A stretch of DNA of 64,000 nt from a virus (taxonomy: Duplodnaviria; Caudoviricetes): IMG/VR virus record IMGVR_UViG_3300010362_000012, positions 1-64,000 of that record; one strand, 5' to 3'. A model generated the notes under the pieces. The model was given only the letters and a program-made list of their open reading frames with translations. It ran no database searches and was not told where the DNA came from. Numbering within the stretch: position 1 is the stretch's first letter; every line of letters begins with the position of its first letter. Below are positions 35,768 to 43,093 of the stretch, one piece after another. A program made the translations under genes and the position numbers.

Positions 35768-36946
35768 ATGCGAACGCTCACGCGCGTAGAGACGGCCCTC
35801 GTGATCAACAGCGCGGCCATGACAGTCCCGCGGCCACCGCGCGACCGGCGCAATTTTCTGGCGAGCTACTGCAGTCATCGCGATGATGAAGACGAGGTCG
35901 TGTTCGATCCGATTTACTTCGGCGTGTGGTGGCAGAGCCGCGATTTCACGCGACTCGATCGCTGCCTCGAGGTTAAGCGATCACTCGGCGTGAATGCCAT
36001 CCAGCTCGCCGTGCAGGGCGGCTATCCCGGCTACATGGCGGGCGCGACCTACGATTTCCGCACCAATCTCGCCGACTACGGCGCACTCTGTGACTACATC
36101 GTCGCGGAGGGCTTCACGCCGATCATTCTCGTCGGCACCGCGGACGGAGGCACCCATCAGGAAATTTACAACGGGCAGATGGCGCGGACCCTCGACGCCG
36201 TCGCGCACCTGGCGAAGGATGCGTGGTACTGCGCCGGCTACGAGCAGAATCTCGATCGGGGCGGCGCGTACAACTGCAAGAACATGGACGACGCGCTGAA
36301 GCTGATGCGATCACACGTCGGCGACGACGGGCTGCTCGCGCTCTGGCTGCAGCCGACGCGCTGCACGCCGGCCGGCTACTGGGGCAGCTACAAACCGAAC
36401 AAGCCAACCACGCCCGACTGGAACCCGACCGAGCTCTATTGGAAGCAAAGCGATCAGAATCCCGACGAAGGCGCCTGGCTCGAGGTCGAGGATCCGTACG
36501 AAGGCGACGAACAGGGCGCGTACTACAAGAGCGCTGGCGTGGAGATCGACGGCTTGCTCTATCAGACCGATCACGGCAACAACGGCCCCGCCTACGTCAG
36601 TGGGGGACCGGGCCTCGACGCGCACGGCAAGCCGCGCTGGTGGGATCGCTGGATCGAGATCTGCGACCGCTTCCTGCCGCCCGGCACGCCGATGCCGCTC
36701 GCGCAGGGCTTCATCGATAGCAGCAACCTGACGCATCCGAACGCGACTGCGCCGTCGATCAGCGCACCGGACTGGTTCCACGACGCGAGTCGCCGCCGTG
36801 GCCGTCCGGTGCTCTGTCTCTGGGAAACGGTCCCGTACGAATACACGCGCGACGCCTGCAGCGACGAAGCCGTCCAACGCTGCAGTCAGGACTCGATCGG
36901 CCTGGGCGTTACCGTGCAAGGTTGCTGGCAACCATCGACATCGTGA
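35768..36946 (+). CDS. Glycoside hydrolase-like TIM-barrel protein (clan GH-A-like); candidate endolysin
   Basis: LGVNAIQL strand, GFTPIILV, GYEQN (acid/base-like), LCLWET (nucleophile-like). Confidence 0.5.
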   Translation: MRTLTRVETALVINSAAMTVPRPPRDRRNFLASYCSHRDDEDEVVFDPIYFGVWWQSRDFTRLDRCLEVKRSLGVNAIQLAVQGGYPGYMAGATYDFRTNLADYGALCDYIVAEGFTPIILVGTADGGTHQEIYNGQMARTLDAVAHLAKDAWYCAGYEQNLDRGGAYNCKNMDDALKLMRSHVGDDGLLALWLQPTRCTPAGYWGSYKPNKPTTPDWNPTELYWKQSDQNPDEGAWLEVEDPYEGDEQGAYYKSAGVEIDGLLYQTDHGNNGPAYVSGGPGLDAHGKPRWWDRWIEICDRFLPPGTPMPLAQGFIDSSNLTHPNATAPSISAPDWFHDASRRRGRPVLCLWETVPYEYTRDACSDEAVQRCSQDSIGLGVTVQGCWQPSTS

Positions 36947-36948
36947 GA

Positions 36949-37317
36949 CTACGGTGTGCAGGTGATGACGATCGAAGAGCACTGCGCCAGGACTGGCGTG
37001 CCCGCGCAGAACGTCAAGCCTGTATTCGCGACGATGAACGCGTCGCGGTGCTGCACACCAGCCGCAACCGTCATCGACTGCGACTGCTGACTGGGTCCGA
37101 GTGTGCTGACGAGAGAACCGTCCCACTGGACATTCAACGTCAGATTGGTGCCGTTGCGAAATGTGATCTCCGCGGTGTTATTCGCTTGGCACGCAGGAGT
37201 GGCTGGCACGGGGGGGGTTGTAGGTGCTGTCGGAGACGATCCGCCGCACGCACTGAGGACGAGTGCAGCCGCCAACGTGAAAGAAACGAAGACGCGAGTA
37301 TGCTTAGGGTCAGCCAT
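36949..37317 (-). CDS. Lipoprotein
   Basis: Lipobox LSAC, GGSSPTAPT linker; AGGAGG RBS. Confidence 0.8.
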   Translation of the reverse strand: MADPKHTRVFVSFTLAAALVLSACGGSSPTAPTTPPVPATPACQANNTAEITFRNGTNLTLNVQWDGSLVSTLGPSQQSQSMTVAAGVQHRDAFIVANTGLTFCAGTPVLAQCSSIVITCTP

Positions 37318-37321
37318 CTGT

Positions 37322-37385
37322 CGGCACCTCCTATGTGCCGGTTCGTGGTTAGAGGCGGCTGACGTCTCATCACGTCAGTTGCCTC
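37322..37385 (-). promoter_or_regulatory. Structured 5' leader: long hairpin plus SD-in-loop hairpin
   Basis: gaggc-aa-ctgacgt-N6-acgtcag-cc-gcctc and cggcac-ATAGGAG-gtgccg 4 nt before ATG. Confidence 0.5.
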
Positions 37386-37419
37386 GCTCTACTGTATCAC
37401 GTTCCTGCCGGAACACCCA

Positions 37420-37845
37420 TCAAGCTGCGGCGACATGGCGTACGCCCGTTCGACACGTCTTGCAAATGAACTCGACGTCGAACGGGTCGCTGTAATCACC
37501 AAGTTGGCGAACCTGCAGTTCGTCCATCGAGCCGCACGCGCACGGCCGGCGCTCGAGCTTCCCGCGAGCGAGATGAGAATTTGTCAGACGACGGCAATTC
37601 GCACGGCGCCGAGCTTCGGGATCCAACTCGGAGTGCTTCGGTCGCGTCGCGCGGGCATATTCGTTGTGGCAGGCGCGACAGTACCGCTGCCCAGGACGAT
37701 CGTTGTCCTCGCCGCACTTCGAACAGAGCGGAGAGATACCCGTCTTCACCCGTCGCGGCCTGCGCCGCTGAAATGTGGAACGTGAAACTGTTCCACGTGG
37801 ATAGAGGCCGAGAGCCGCCAATACCTCGACTGTGACTGAGTCCAT
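37420..37845 (-). CDS. Zinc-binding HNH-like protein with degenerate catalytic His residues
   Basis: CSKC...YCRAC and GKLERRPCACG...VRQLGDYSDPFDVEFICKTCR; AAGGAG RBS. Confidence 0.6.
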   Translation of the reverse strand: MDSVTVEVLAALGLYPRGTVSRSTFQRRRPRRVKTGISPLCSKCGEDNDRPGQRYCRACHNEYARATRPKHSELDPEARRRANCRRLTNSHLARGKLERRPCACGSMDELQVRQLGDYSDPFDVEFICKTCRTGVRHVAAA

Positions 37846-37930
37846 GTCGGACTCCTTCTGACGCGGGCGGTGGGCTGGGCAGCCACTGGAAAGCACCCGC
37901 AGAGGCGTAGTAGGGCAGATCCCGTAACAC

Positions 37931-37960
37931 TTGTCAACCGTGTAGACAGTTGTCTACACT
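37931..37960 (+). promoter_or_regulatory. Sigma70-like promoter overlapped by a palindromic operator
   Basis: TTGTCA-N18-TACACT; GTGTAGACA-gt-TGTCTACAC at 37940-37959; TTGACA on the - strand at 37932-37937. Confidence 0.7.
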
Positions 37961-37970
37961 AGTCAGCCTC

Positions 37971-38144
37971 ATGGCGAAATCTCGATCGACGGTGACGATT
38001 TCCGTGCGCGGCCCGCGCCGCTTGCGTGATGACCTGTTCCGACTGGCGCGCAAAGCGCAGCGCACGCCGTCGGATTATTTGCGGCTGCAGCTTGCCGACA
38101 TCGTGCGGCGGGCGCGTGATGACAAAGAAGGAGCGAATACATGA
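37971..38144 (+). CDS. Ribbon-helix-helix transcriptional regulator
   Basis: TVTISVRGPRRLRDDLFRLARKAQRTPSDYLRLQL; ATG 10 nt after -10 box. Confidence 0.7.
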   Translation: MAKSRSTVTISVRGPRRLRDDLFRLARKAQRTPSDYLRLQLADIVRRARDDKEGANT

Positions 38145-38395
38145 GTGAGGTGAACCCGTCGGTGGCGGCGCTCAATGCCGAGATTGAAGTGCGCCAGGAC
38201 GAGCTCGACAAGCTGCGAACCGCGCTCGGTATTCTGGAATCAGCCCGTGCGAGTGTCGCGCCGAACGGCCACGCCGCCGCGGCCAAGGTCGCCACGCCGA
38301 AGAAGCAGCGGCCCCGCCGCATGTCGGCCGCCGCGCGTAAGGCGATATCGAAACGGATGCGCGCCTACTGGAAAGCACAGCGCGCAGAGAGATGA
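38141..38395 (+). CDS. Coiled-coil plus basic C-terminal putative DNA-binding (nucleoid-like) protein
   Basis: RRMSAAARKAISKRMRAYWKAQRA; AAGGAG RBS. Confidence 0.7.
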   Translation: MSEVNPSVAALNAEIEVRQDELDKLRTALGILESARASVAPNGHAAAAKVATPKKQRPRRMSAAARKAISKRMRAYWKAQRAER

Positions 38396-38406
38396 GGTGA
38401 CCGACG

Positions 38407-38631
38407 ATGCCCGAATCGGCTGACCAACATGCGATGCGACAGACCTGGGTGGCGATGAGGAAGTTCGCCGCGGACGAACCGTTGACCGACGCCGACTGGG
38501 ACGCCCTGAGTTGGTTGACGATGCTTGACCGCACGCAACGCTGGTTCGGGCCGGGCAACGTGCGTTGGGCAACGTCCGCGGCCGAGCGTGCCGACAACCT
38601 GGCGTTCTATCAGTCGCTCGGCCGTCAATGA
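38407..38631 (+). CDS. Hypothetical protein
   Basis: GAGGTG RBS. Confidence 0.6.
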   Translation: MPESADQHAMRQTWVAMRKFAADEPLTDADWDALSWLTMLDRTQRWFGPGNVRWATSAAERADNLAFYQSLGRQ

Positions 38632-39083
38632 GCCGCTACGCGAGCACGACGACGGTCAACGTCGATAAGAGCAAACGCGAGATCGAAGGCCTGCTGCGGC
38701 AGCATGGTGCCGAGCAGTATCACACCGGGTGGGACTCGACGAGGGACATCATCGAATTCGGCTGGAAGGGCAAACAGATCCGATTCGTGCTGCCGCGGCC
38801 CGCTCGGAAAGATCACGCGCGCTCGCCGGCGGGCCGCACGCGGACGCCGCGGCAAATCGACGACGCGATCGACCAGGCGGAACGGCAGCGCTGGCGGGCG
38901 CTCTATCTCATCGTCCGTGCGAAGCTCGAGGCGGTCGAGGCCGGCATCTCGATCTTCGAAGAGGAATTCATGGCGTTCATCGTCGTGCCGGGGTCGAACC
39001 AGACGGTCGGCGAGATTTTGGTGCCCCGCATCCAGGCCGGCACGTTCGACGTGTCACGCCTCCTGCCGGCGGGGACACCGTAA
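38628..39083 (+). CDS. Conserved hypothetical phage protein
   Basis: RYAS.T.V...SK.EIE.LL..HGA...RQRWRAL.L.V.AKLEAVEAGI..FEEEF pattern. Confidence 0.75.
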   Translation: MSRYASTTTVNVDKSKREIEGLLRQHGAEQYHTGWDSTRDIIEFGWKGKQIRFVLPRPARKDHARSPAGRTRTPRQIDDAIDQAERQRWRALYLIVRAKLEAVEAGISIFEEEFMAFIVVPGSNQTVGEILVPRIQAGTFDVSRLLPAGTP

Positions 39084-39518
39084 ATGGCGAAGCCGCTGCT
39101 CATTCTCGACGAAGTCGTGGCGATGCTCAAGGTGACGAGCGCGCCGAATCGCGTGATTGAGGCCTTCCGGCAGCAGGCTGAAGCGGTCCTGGCGGCACGT
39201 AACATCCGCGAGGTCGAGGTCACGACAGATGAAGAACCCGAGGTGGATTCCATCACGGTGAGCTCGAGCTACGGGCAGAAGACGCAGAAGGGCTATGTGG
39301 AATTCACGCTGAACGAACAACGGTCGCAGATGCCGCCGGCGAAGGCGCGCGAGGTTGGACTGATGCTGCTCGAGGCCGCCGAGGCCGCGACATCGGACGA
39401 AATATTCGTGAAACTGCTGCGCGAGAAAGTCGGCATCGACGTCGAGCGCGCCGGCATGGTACTGATCGATCTGCGCGAGCTCCGTCAGGGGACGCGCGGC
39501 ATCTCGTGGCCGTCATGA
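39084..39518 (+). CDS. Hypothetical protein
   Basis: Abuts upstream stop; coding bias. Confidence 0.7.
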   Translation: MAKPLLILDEVVAMLKVTSAPNRVIEAFRQQAEAVLAARNIREVEVTTDEEPEVDSITVSSSYGQKTQKGYVEFTLNEQRSQMPPAKAREVGLMLLEAAEAATSDEIFVKLLREKVGIDVERAGMVLIDLRELRQGTRGISWPS

Positions 39519-39739
39519 ATCGCCCTGAACGGATGGCCCAGGCGGTGGACGAGATCGCCGCCGCGCTCGAATCTGATACGTTGCGACCAGAGGATCGCAA
39601 GGCGTTGATCGACATCATGCACACAACCGATCCCATGATGCTGAAGGTGTGCCTGCGCATGTACTACAGCGATCGTGATCGAGCGGATCGGACGCCACGC
39701 GAATTCCTATACGTGCATCTCGGAATGTTGCTCGGATGA
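39515..39739 (+). CDS. Hypothetical protein
   Basis: ATGA overlaps. Confidence 0.6.
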   Translation: MNRPERMAQAVDEIAAALESDTLRPEDRKALIDIMHTTDPMMLKVCLRMYYSDRDRADRTPREFLYVHLGMLLG

Positions 39740-40005
39740 AGAAGCGGCCGACAGACGTTCACGCGGGCAACTACTACGGTGTGCGCCACGGCGGCGGGCC
39801 GCTCGAGCCGGCGCCGCCAGGACGCCCGGATCACGTCGTCTGCCGGCGCGTGGCCGACTACGATATCTCGCTGCCGGCCGGCGCGGCGACCACGATCTGC
39901 AATCGCTGCGCGGCGCCGATCGCCTTCAACCCGAAGGGACCGCATCAGGACGTGCCGAAGATTTGTATGCAGTGTGCGCGGATCAAACCGCTGCCGATGA
40001 CGTGA
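39736..40005 (+). CDS. Zinc-ribbon protein
   Basis: CNRC...CMQC. Confidence 0.6.
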   Translation: MKKRPTDVHAGNYYGVRHGGGPLEPAPPGRPDHVVCRRVADYDISLPAGAATTICNRCAAPIAFNPKGPHQDVPKICMQCARIKPLPMT

Positions 40006-40285
40006 TGCGGTGATGGGCCTGCGAGACGTGCTCCGGCCAGTAGACCGACGTCCGCCAACCCGATTTGTCTTTCGCCCAGGCGGCAATTTGGGCCTGCGCC
40101 CACGCGACCGCTTCGACGCGCTGCCGCGCTGACCAGCGTCGAATCACCGCGACGTTGACATTCGCGCCGGCAACCGCGAGCAGTTGATGGACGCCATCAC
40201 AGACGAGGAGCGTCCGCAGCCGATGTTGGGATCGACGACGCTGTCTGTTGGAACGCTTACGGTCGCCAGCGCGCATTCGAGGCAT
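39983..40285 (-). CDS. Hypothetical basic protein
   Basis: End of - strand terminal operon; start uncertain. Confidence 0.4.
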   Translation of the reverse strand: MPRMRAGDRKRSNRQRRRSQHRLRTLLVCDGVHQLLAVAGANVNVAVIRRWSARQRVEAVAWAQAQIAAWAKDKSGWRTSVYWPEHVSQAHHRITSSAAV

Positions 40286-40451
40286 TTTTCCGACGATCCA
40301 TCCTTCCGCGGCGCCGTCCAATGGACGCGTCCCATCGACGATCGTGTCCATTCGAGCGGCGATCGGCTGGGCCGACGCGGCGCTCGACAGCGTCCCAGGG
40401 TGGCGGGGGTTCTTTGGCACCGACGACGAACCCCTTCAAGTCACTTGCCAT
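40257..40451 (-). CDS. Small protein with repeated (E/D)RR motifs
   Basis: ERRVGPADRRSNGHDRR...GRRRGRMDRRK. Confidence 0.55.
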   Translation of the reverse strand: MASDLKGFVVGAKEPPPPWDAVERRVGPADRRSNGHDRRWDASIGRRRGRMDRRKNASNARWRP

Positions 40452-40659
40452 GGATCCGCTTCTTCAGATTGCGGAGCGAATGCGCCGCTGCCGGTTTGCT
40501 CGAGCGCACATGTTCGGGTTTCCCGGCCATCGAACCGGAAGCGAAGTCCTCCAAGTCGCTGTCGGACATGCTCGCGCGTACTTGGCGCGCCATCGGGAAG
40601 TCAGCTCCCGCCTTGGCGGCCTGAAACAATCGCTGCGAGGCTTTTGATGGTGCTGGCAT
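40441..40659 (-). CDS. DUF3008-like small protein
   Basis: MPAPSKASQR...SMSDSDLEDFAS...GKPEHV pattern. Confidence 0.6.
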   Translation of the reverse strand: MPAPSKASQRLFQAAKAGADFPMARQVRASMSDSDLEDFASGSMAGKPEHVRSSKPAAAHSLRNLKKRIHGK

Positions 40660-40672
40660 TGCATTCTCGCTT

Positions 40673-41335
40673 TCACGTTCGAAGGGCCAAGACGCGCGCG
40701 TGACAGGCTTCGTCGTCGAGACAGGCGAGAAGCTGCCGGCCGAGGAATTCGGTATAGGCCGGCGGAATGGCTTCGTTCAGTTCCCGATCGGTCATCCAGT
40801 CGATGCCCATGGCGGCGCGCTTGATCGCGCGCGAGCCGTTGCCGCGCACGTTATCGCCGCCATGGCCGGCAACCGTCACGTAGTCGCCGGTTGTCACGCG
40901 CCCGCGGTGTTGCGGATGGCGCGGCTGAAGCAGCAGGACGTTACTTTCGAACATCCGATGTCGGAGCACACGCAACCCGAACATCGCGCCGCAGAGCAGC
41001 ACCTGTCGCGCGAGCGGCGCACCGATCACGTTCTCGATGATGAAGGGCCGCCCGGTGTGCTCGAGCGCCTGGCGTGTCGGCTCGATGAGGTCCGCGCGCT
41101 CGATCTCACGCCAGCGTCGAGCGGACCACGAGTAACGCTGACAGGGCGGGCTGGCATGAATCGCGTCGAACTCGTGCCCATGCCGCGCGACATATGCGAG
41201 CGCGTCATCCTGCACGAATTCGAAGGGGTAGCGTAGCTGCGACTGAATATCGACGCCGACGATGTCGTCGAAGCCGGCGCGATGATAGCCGACGGCAGCG
41301 CCGCCGGCGCCGCAGTAGAGATCAAGCAGTCTCAT
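40673..41335 (-). CDS. C5 cytosine DNA methyltransferase (short orphan type)
   Basis: Motif I LDLYCGAGG, IV ASPPCQ, VI IENV, VIII RHRMFE, X EAIPPAY. Confidence 0.9.
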   Translation of the reverse strand: MRLLDLYCGAGGAAVGYHRAGFDDIVGVDIQSQLRYPFEFVQDDALAYVARHGHEFDAIHASPPCQRYSWSARRWREIERADLIEPTRQALEHTGRPFIIENVIGAPLARQVLLCGAMFGLRVLRHRMFESNVLLLQPRHPQHRGRVTTGDYVTVAGHGGDNVRGNGSRAIKRAAMGIDWMTDRELNEAIPPAYTEFLGRQLLACLDDEACHARVLALRT

Positions 41336-41505
41336 AGTTTCCGTGGTACGAGCTTGGGCGTACACGTGCAATCGCGTCCGAGGTCACAGTCGATCGCGTG
41401 AACCCACATCCGCCGCGGACCGCGCCGGCGCCCCTCACGATGATTGGTCGAGGTCTTCCTGCCCCGTCCAGCATCAACGCCGGCGCGGTCGAGCTTTTTC
41501 TTCAC
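41332..41505 (-). CDS. Small basic Cys/His protein
   Basis: GTGA and ATGA overlaps; HAIDC...CTC. Confidence 0.5.
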   Translation of the reverse strand: MKKKLDRAGVDAGRGRKTSTNHREGRRRGPRRMWVHAIDCDLGRDCTCTPKLVPRKL

Positions 41506-41633
41506 ACGATTAGGGTGAGCGTGAGACACGCGAGCCCCGCTGCGATGAGATTGACCCTCGAGGGCACCGGCCACGCCGCGAGCAAGAACAAAACAAACGC
41601 GAGGACGTAGAGCACGAGATGCAGATTCCGCAT
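41502..41633 (-). CDS. 43-aa two-TM membrane protein
   Basis: MRNLHLVLYVLAFVLFLLAAWPVPSRVNLIAAGLACLTLTLIV; GAGG RBS; not in ORF track. Confidence 0.65.
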   Translation of the reverse strand: MRNLHLVLYVLAFVLFLLAAWPVPSRVNLIAAGLACLTLTLIV

Positions 41634-41645
41634 GTAAGCCTCACC

Positions 41646-41870
41646 TCAATGATGCAGGCCGGGTGTTTCGATCGCTGCCGTTGCCGCTTTCAAGTCGTGG
41701 TAGTGCTGTAACTCATCGGCAATCAGCTCGAGATACGCGTCGAGCGTCGCCGCCCACAAGAACAGGCCGTCCGCATCGATTGACAGCACGTCGTGCTGCG
41801 TGCGGGCCTGGCCGATAGCGCGATACATCTGATCGATAACGGCGCGAGCTTGCTGGTGCGGCGTCGGCAT
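41646..41870 (-). CDS. Hypothetical protein, first gene inward from the axis
   Basis: AAGGGG RBS; start ATG 41870. Confidence 0.65.
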   Translation of the reverse strand: MPTPHQQARAVIDQMYRAIGQARTQHDVLSIDADGLFLWAATLDAYLELIADELQHYHDLKAATAAIETPGLHH

Positions 41871-41945
41871 ACGCACCCCTTTTTCAAGAAAACACTTGAC
41901 AAACGATTTCGCTTGTACTCCAAAACGCGGACGAGGCATACTCTG

Positions 41946-42097
41946 AATTGGACCGGACCAATTGCGATTGGACTGCAATCCAAACCAGTCCAATGCGCTA
42001 GCAGAGACAAGAGTGACATGTCAAGCAGAAAACGCGAGCTCCACGGGCGCCAAGCGGCTAAGCGTGCGCGCTCGAGTGGTCGCCAAGCGGCTAAGCG
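41946..42097. repeat. Sub-terminal repeat cluster
   Basis: AATTGGACCGGACCAATT; ATTGGACTG-N10-CAGTCCAAT; 17-bp direct repeat CGCCAAGCGGCTAAGCG at 42048 and 42081. Confidence 0.7.
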
Positions 42098-42180
42098 GTT
42101 GCACGCCCTGGCACGCCGAGGGATCGCGAGAATCGGAGTGTGCAGCCCCGTGCGGTGGAGCGTCAGAGAGAGCAGGCTTG

Positions 42181-42244
42181 ACGAAGAAGCTGGGACCATG
42201 ATATTTTGGAGGCCTCCAAAATATCATGGTCCCAGCTTCTTCGT
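42181..42244. other. Palindrome axis; candidate hairpin telomere read through by sequencing
   Basis: Perfect palindrome with AT-rich core, in non-coding DNA, flanking genes point away from it, no adapter sequence recognisable at the axis. Confidence 0.5.
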
Positions 42245-42554
42245 CAAGCCTGCTCTCTCTGACGCTCCACCGCACGGGGCTGCACACTCCGATTCTCGCG
42301 ATCCCTCGGCGTGCCAGGGCGTGCAACCGCTTAGCCGCTTGGCGACCACTCGAGCGCGCACGCTTAGCCGCTTGGCGCCCGTGGAGCTCGCGTTTTCTGC
42401 TTGACATGTCACTCTTGTCTCTGCTAGCGCATTGGACTGGTTTGGATTGCAGTCCAATCGCAATTGGTCCGGTCCAATTCAGAGTATGCCTCGTCCGCGT
42501 TTTGGAGTACAAGCGAAATCGTTTGTCAAGTGTTTTCTTGAAAAAGGGGTGCGT

Positions 42555-42779
42555 ATGCCGACGCCGCACCAGCAAGCTCGCGCCGTTATCGATCAGATGT
42601 ATCGCGCTATCGGCCAGGCCCGCACGCAGCACGACGTGCTGTCAATCGATGCGGACGGCCTGTTCTTGTGGGCGGCGACGCTCGACGCGTATCTCGAGCT
42701 GATTGCCGATGAGTTACAGCACTACCACGACTTGAAAGCGGCAACGGCAGCGATCGAAACACCCGGCCTGCATCATTGA
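42555..42779 (+). CDS. Hypothetical protein (mirror copy)
   Basis: Mirror of 41646-41870. Confidence 0.65.
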   Translation: MPTPHQQARAVIDQMYRAIGQARTQHDVLSIDADGLFLWAATLDAYLELIADELQHYHDLKAATAAIETPGLHH

Positions 42780-42791
42780 GGTGAGGCTTAC

Positions 42792-42923
42792 ATGCGGAAT
42801 CTGCATCTCGTGCTCTACGTCCTCGCGTTTGTTTTGTTCTTGCTCGCGGCGTGGCCGGTGCCCTCGAGGGTCAATCTCATCGCAGCGGGGCTCGCGTGTC
42901 TCACGCTCACCCTAATCGTGTGA
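42792..42923 (+). CDS. Two-TM membrane protein (mirror copy)
   Basis: Mirror of 41502-41633. Confidence 0.65.
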   Translation: MRNLHLVLYVLAFVLFLLAAWPVPSRVNLIAAGLACLTLTLIV

Positions 42924-43093
42924 AGAAAAAGCTCGACCGCGCCGGCGTTGATGCTGGACGGGGCAGGAAGACCTCGACCAATCATCGTGAGGGGCGCCGG
43001 CGCGGTCCGCGGCGGATGTGGGTTCACGCGATCGACTGTGACCTCGGACGCGATTGCACGTGTACGCCCAAGCTCGTACCACGGAAACTATGA
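42920..43093 (+). CDS. Small basic Cys/His protein (mirror copy)
   Basis: Mirror of 41332-41505. Confidence 0.5.
   Translation: MKKKLDRAGVDAGRGRKTSTNHREGRRRGPRRMWVHAIDCDLGRDCTCTPKLVPRKL

Noticed and set aside
42197-42205. CATGATATT resembles, from memory, the Agrobacterium telomere half-site
   Set aside because: Only 9 bp and offset from the axis; not enough to assign a TelA-type site.
41793-42632. ORFs crossing the palindrome axis (41793-42404 + and mirror; ATG 42018 MSSRK...)
   Set aside because: Rare AGA/AGG codons, weaker GC3 bias and poor RBS; the C-terminal half is simply the mirror. Treated as non-coding, though a real truncated gene here would favour the artefact explanation.
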